From NCBI GenBank assembly GCA_947502815.1, contig CANNBH010000001.1, forward strand, positions 1,582,818-1,646,817: a stretch of DNA of 64,000 nt. Direction: 5' to 3'. Within the stretch, counting starts at the first letter, position 1, and each line of letters opens with the position of its first letter. Positions 60,797-64,000 of this stretch are shown one piece after another. The position numbers and the translations under genes are program-made. Under the pieces are notes generated by a model. The model worked only from the letters and a program-made list of their open reading frames with translations, was not told the origin of the DNA and searched no databases. Source of the DNA: an uncultured Erythrobacter sp. (GTDB lineage: Bacteria > Pseudomonadota > Alphaproteobacteria > Sphingomonadales > Sphingomonadaceae).

Positions 60797-61861
60797 ATGA
60801 CAGACATCCCAACCCCTCCACCGCTTAGGCCCATCCAGATTGGGCCCGAAACGATTGCAGACCCGGTCGTGCTCGCACCGATGACGGGGGTCACCGATAT
60901 GCCGTTCCGCACTTTGGTGCGGCGTTATGGGTCTGGCCTCAACGTGACAGAGATGGTTGCGAGCGAAGCGGCGATCCGGGAAACGCGCCAATCACTGCAA
61001 AAAACGGCATGGGATCAGACCGAAGAACCGGTGTCGATGCAGCTGGTCGGATGCGATCCTGAAAGCATGGGGGAGGCCGCCAAGCTTCAAGAAGGCAACG
61101 GCGCCGCGATCATCGACATCAATTTTGGCTGTCCTGTTCGCAAAGTGGTGGGCCAGCTCGCGGGGTCTGCTCTGATGCGCGAAGTGCCGCTCGCGACAAA
61201 ATTGATGGAAGCCACCGTCAATGCGGTTGATGTTCCCGTTACGGTGAAAATGCGGATGGGCTGGGATCATCAAAGCCTGAACGCGCCTGAGCTTGCGCGC
61301 ATTGCCGAAGATCTTGGCGTTAAAATGATCACTGTCCACGGCCGCACTCGCAATCAGATGTACAAGGGCGAGGCGGACTGGTCTTTCATCGCGAAGGTCA
61401 AAGAGGCCGTATCCATTCCCGTTATCGTCAATGGCGATATCTGCACGATTGGTGATGCGGCCAAGGCGTTGGAGCAATCTGGCGCAGATGGCCTGATGAT
61501 TGGACGGGGGGCCTATGGGAAACCGTGGCTGCTGGGTCAGGTGATGCATTGGTGGCGCACCGGCGAGAGCATTCCGACACCCGATTTTGACGAACAATAT
61601 GCGGTTCTTGTCGAGCATTATAACCGGATGTTGGACCATTATGGTCGGGACGTCGGTTCAAAGATCGCGCGCAAACATATCGGATGGTATACAAAGGGAA
61701 TGCACGGATCAGCAGATTTCCGGAATATGGCCAATTCGATCGATGATCCTGATCAGGTTTTGGGCGAGATAGAACGGTTCTATGCCCCATTTTTGGGCCG
61801 CCGATCCGAGGCTCAACCGCGCAGGGATGCGCCTGCCAACCTCGCCGCGAAAGCCGCCTGA
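60797..61861 (+). CDS. dusB: tRNA-dihydrouridine synthase B (NifR3)
   Basis: [33 protein letters not shown] and MIGR motifs. Confidence 0.96.
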   Translation: MTDIPTPPPLRPIQIGPETIADPVVLAPMTGVTDMPFRTLVRRYGSGLNVTEMVASEAAIRETRQSLQKTAWDQTEEPVSMQLVGCDPESMGEAAKLQEGNGAAIIDINFGCPVRKVVGQLAGSALMREVPLATKLMEATVNAVDVPVTVKMRMGWDHQSLNAPELARIAEDLGVKMITVHGRTRNQMYKGEADWSFIAKVKEAVSIPVIVNGDICTIGDAAKALEQSGADGLMIGRGAYGKPWLLGQVMHWWRTGESIPTPDFDEQYAVLVEHYNRMLDHYGRDVGSKIARKHIGWYTKGMHGSADFRNMANSIDDPDQVLGEIERFYAPFLGRRSEAQPRRDAPANLAAKAA

Positions 61862-61863
61862 AC

Positions 61864-63003
61864 ATGGGCAGCAAAGGGAATGCGGGTCGCCCTGTGCTCA
61901 GGATACCAGAGAGCAACGGCAACGACATTTCCAGTTTTGACCCGTCGCGTCCCAACCCAGAGGCACAGATTGCTGGTCTGGTTTTCGCGCTCTTGCTGGT
62001 CGATCAAAACACTCTGATCGCAGAGGCTAATCACGCAGCGGAAAATATGCTGGGTGTCAGCGCCAAACGACTAGTCGGAAAACCTCTGCTGGAAGTGATT
62101 GGCCCGCTTGATCCGCGGGTAGAGGCGCGGTTGAGCGTGATTGATGCTGCCCTTGTTGCGCGCGATATCTTGGTCAGGGCAAGCGCGAATGAAACGCGCG
62201 TCAACCTCACCGTATCGCCGCTGGGCAGTTTTCCCGGTTGGCGGGTGATCACCCTGTCGCAGGTCGGACATGACGAAACCGGCGGCGAGGATGAACTGAC
62301 TTCGACGCACGGTGCCCCATCGATCCTAGCGCATGAGATCAAAAACCCTCTCGCGGCGATCCGCGGTGCTGGGCAATTGGCAGCGCGCAAATTGCCGTTG
62401 AAAGACAAGAAACTTGCCCGGATGATCACCGATGAAGTGGACCGGATTGCGCGGCTTATTGATCGGATGCAATTGCTGGGGGCGAAGAACACCGAAATTG
62501 CCTCACCTTGCAATCCGCATGAATCTGTTCGTGCGGCCATCGCAACGGTGCGCGCCGGCAGCCCCAAAGCGGTCGATATTCGGGAAGAATTTGATCCATC
62601 CTTGCCGCCTGTGCTGGCCAATCGGGATGCATTGGAGCAAATCCTCATCAACCTGATCTCCAACGCCCGCGACGCCGCGGGCGCCGGGGACACCGGGCAA
62701 ATTGTGGTCAAGACCCGGTTCGTCAGCGGCCTCGCGTTCAGCGCGATCCGATTGGGGCGCGCGGTGCGCTTGCCCATAGAAATAACGGTCAGCGACAATG
62801 GTCCTGGCATCGACCCGTCGATGCGCGACCATGTGTTTGAACCTTTTGTTTCATCGAAACAATCCGGCCAAGGGTTGGGCCTGGCACTGGTGCGAAAACT
62901 GGTCCGCGACATGAATGGCAGCATCAGCCATGAACGAGACGCGCGCGCGGGGATTACCCATTTTCGGTTGCATTTGCCGATGGCAAAGCCGGGTCAGGAA
63001 TAG
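61864..63003 (+). CDS. ntrB: Nitrogen regulation sensor kinase NtrB
   Basis: PAS region, intact H-box LAHEIKNPL, N/G1/F/G2 boxes; located between dusB and ntrC. Confidence 0.93.
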   Translation: MGSKGNAGRPVLRIPESNGNDISSFDPSRPNPEAQIAGLVFALLLVDQNTLIAEANHAAENMLGVSAKRLVGKPLLEVIGPLDPRVEARLSVIDAALVARDILVRASANETRVNLTVSPLGSFPGWRVITLSQVGHDETGGEDELTSTHGAPSILAHEIKNPLAAIRGAGQLAARKLPLKDKKLARMITDEVDRIARLIDRMQLLGAKNTEIASPCNPHESVRAAIATVRAGSPKAVDIREEFDPSLPPVLANRDALEQILINLISNARDAAGAGDTGQIVVKTRFVSGLAFSAIRLGRAVRLPIEITVSDNGPGIDPSMRDHVFEPFVSSKQSGQGLGLALVRKLVRDMNGSISHERDARAGITHFRLHLPMAKPGQE

Positions 63004-63012
63004 GACACAGCA

Positions 63013-64000
63013 ATGCCGGGCAACATTCTATTGGTCGAAGACGACTTCGCCATCGCGACCGTCATAATCGCCGCGTTGGAGGACGAAAATTTTGCCATTG
63101 TGCATTGCACCTCGATCAAAGAGCGTGATGAAAAATTGGCCGCTGCTGCGGCCAAAAATGACGATTTTGACGTGATGCTTACCGATGTCATGTTGGAAGA
63201 TGGCGACGGTCTGGAAAGCCTTGGAGAAGTGCGCGAAGCTGCTCCGGATATGCCAATCATCGTCCTGTCAGCGCAAAACACATTGGATACGGCCGTCCGC
63301 GCCAGCGACAGCGAGGCTTTCGAATACTTCCCAAAGCCTTTTGACCTCGATGAATTGGTCCGGGCCGTTTGCCAAGCAGCCGACAATCGCGAAGCGCAAT
63401 TGGACAGCGTGCCACAAGGTTCAAATGAGAGCGGCGACGGGATGCCCTTGGTCGGGCGAAGCCCGGCGATGCAGGGCGTCTACCGGATGATCACCCGCGT
63501 GCTGCGCAATGATCTGACGGTTTTGGTCACAGGTGAAAGCGGAACTGGCAAGGAACTGGTCGCAGAGGCAATCCACCAATTGGGCAGCCGCCGCACTGGC
63601 CCCTTTGTCGCGGTCAACACGGCAGCGATCCCGCATGACCTGGTTGAAAGCGAATTGTTCGGCCATGAAAAAGGTGCCTTCACCGGAGCCGTAGCGCAGG
63701 CGATTGGTAAGTTTGAACAAGCCAATGGCGGCACGCTTTTCCTCGATGAAATCGGCGATATGCCCGCAGAGGCGCAAACCCGTTTGCTGCGTGCGTTGCA
63801 ATCGGGCCGCATCCGCAGGGTCGGCGGGCGTCAGGAGATTGCGGTGAATGTCCGTATTATCGCCGCCACCAACCGTGATCTTGCACCAATGATCGCCGCT
63901 GGCAAATTCCGCGAAGACCTATTTTACAGGCTCAATGTGGTGCCTATTCCCTTGCCGCCACTGCGTGATCGTCGCGAAGATATTGACGTTTTGGCACAAC
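63013..64000 (+). CDS. ntrC: Sigma54 activator NtrC (3' end runs out of the window)
   Basis: Translated by hand from ATG 63013: receiver (LLVEDD, LTDV, FPKPF), Walker A GESGTGKE, GAFTGA, Walker B FLDEIG, RLNV. Absent from the ORF track because it is truncated. Confidence 0.95.
   Translation, partial: MPGNILLVEDDFAIATVIIAALEDENFAIVHCTSIKERDEKLAAAAAKNDDFDVMLTDVMLEDGDGLESLGEVREAAPDMPIIVLSAQNTLDTAVRASDSEAFEYFPKPFDLDELVRAVCQAADNREAQLDSVPQGSNESGDGMPLVGRSPAMQGVYRMITRVLRNDLTVLVTGESGTGKELVAEAIHQLGSRRTGPFVAVNTAAIPHDLVESELFGHEKGAFTGAVAQAIGKFEQANGGTLFLDEIGDMPAEAQTRLLRALQSGRIRRVGGRQEIAVNVRIIAATNRDLAPMIAAGKFREDLFYRLNVVPIPLPPLRDRREDIDVLAQ

Noticed and set aside
1-64000. CRISPR arrays, IS elements, rRNA genes
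   Set aside because: No regularly spaced repeats, transposase motifs, terminal inverted repeats or rRNA-like sequence were seen.

Overview
Core chromosomal segment of a GC-rich alphaproteobacterium. Gene content and order point to Sphingomonadales, probably Erythrobacteraceae (inference). Left to right: end of the nuo operon (nuoL partial, nuoM, nuoN) running into birA-coaX-rnj-DUF1467; a 7-kb cluster of poorly characterised genes (8.3-15.1 kb); gltA-gltX, comEC, lexA, moeA-moaC, the trpEGDC operon with two inserted genes, ppiD, tpiA-secG-pyrG; a candidate structured ncRNA; hsp20 with an RpoH promoter and ROSE-like thermometer; grxC-nitrilase-DUF1178, tRNA-Arg(CCT), MFS plus haloalkane dehalogenase, ftsB-pdhA-pdhB; an orphan tadG-tadE-tadE trio; trmFO, gyrA, an sbtA-sbtB-carbonic anhydrase module, lipA, coq10/ratA, cinA, ispDF and dusB-ntrB-ntrC (partial). 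I found no mobile element, prophage or CRISPR array. The most interesting region is 8274-15070. It holds a TipN-like coiled-coil membrane protein, an Hpt-like protein with Met at the phospho-His position, a PleC/DivJ-like kinase with Pro at the phospho-His position, a DUF2336-like protein and CtrA-like boxes, which together suggest a candidate phosphotransfer-dead polarity module. All family assignments come from motif recognition by eye; no database searches were run.
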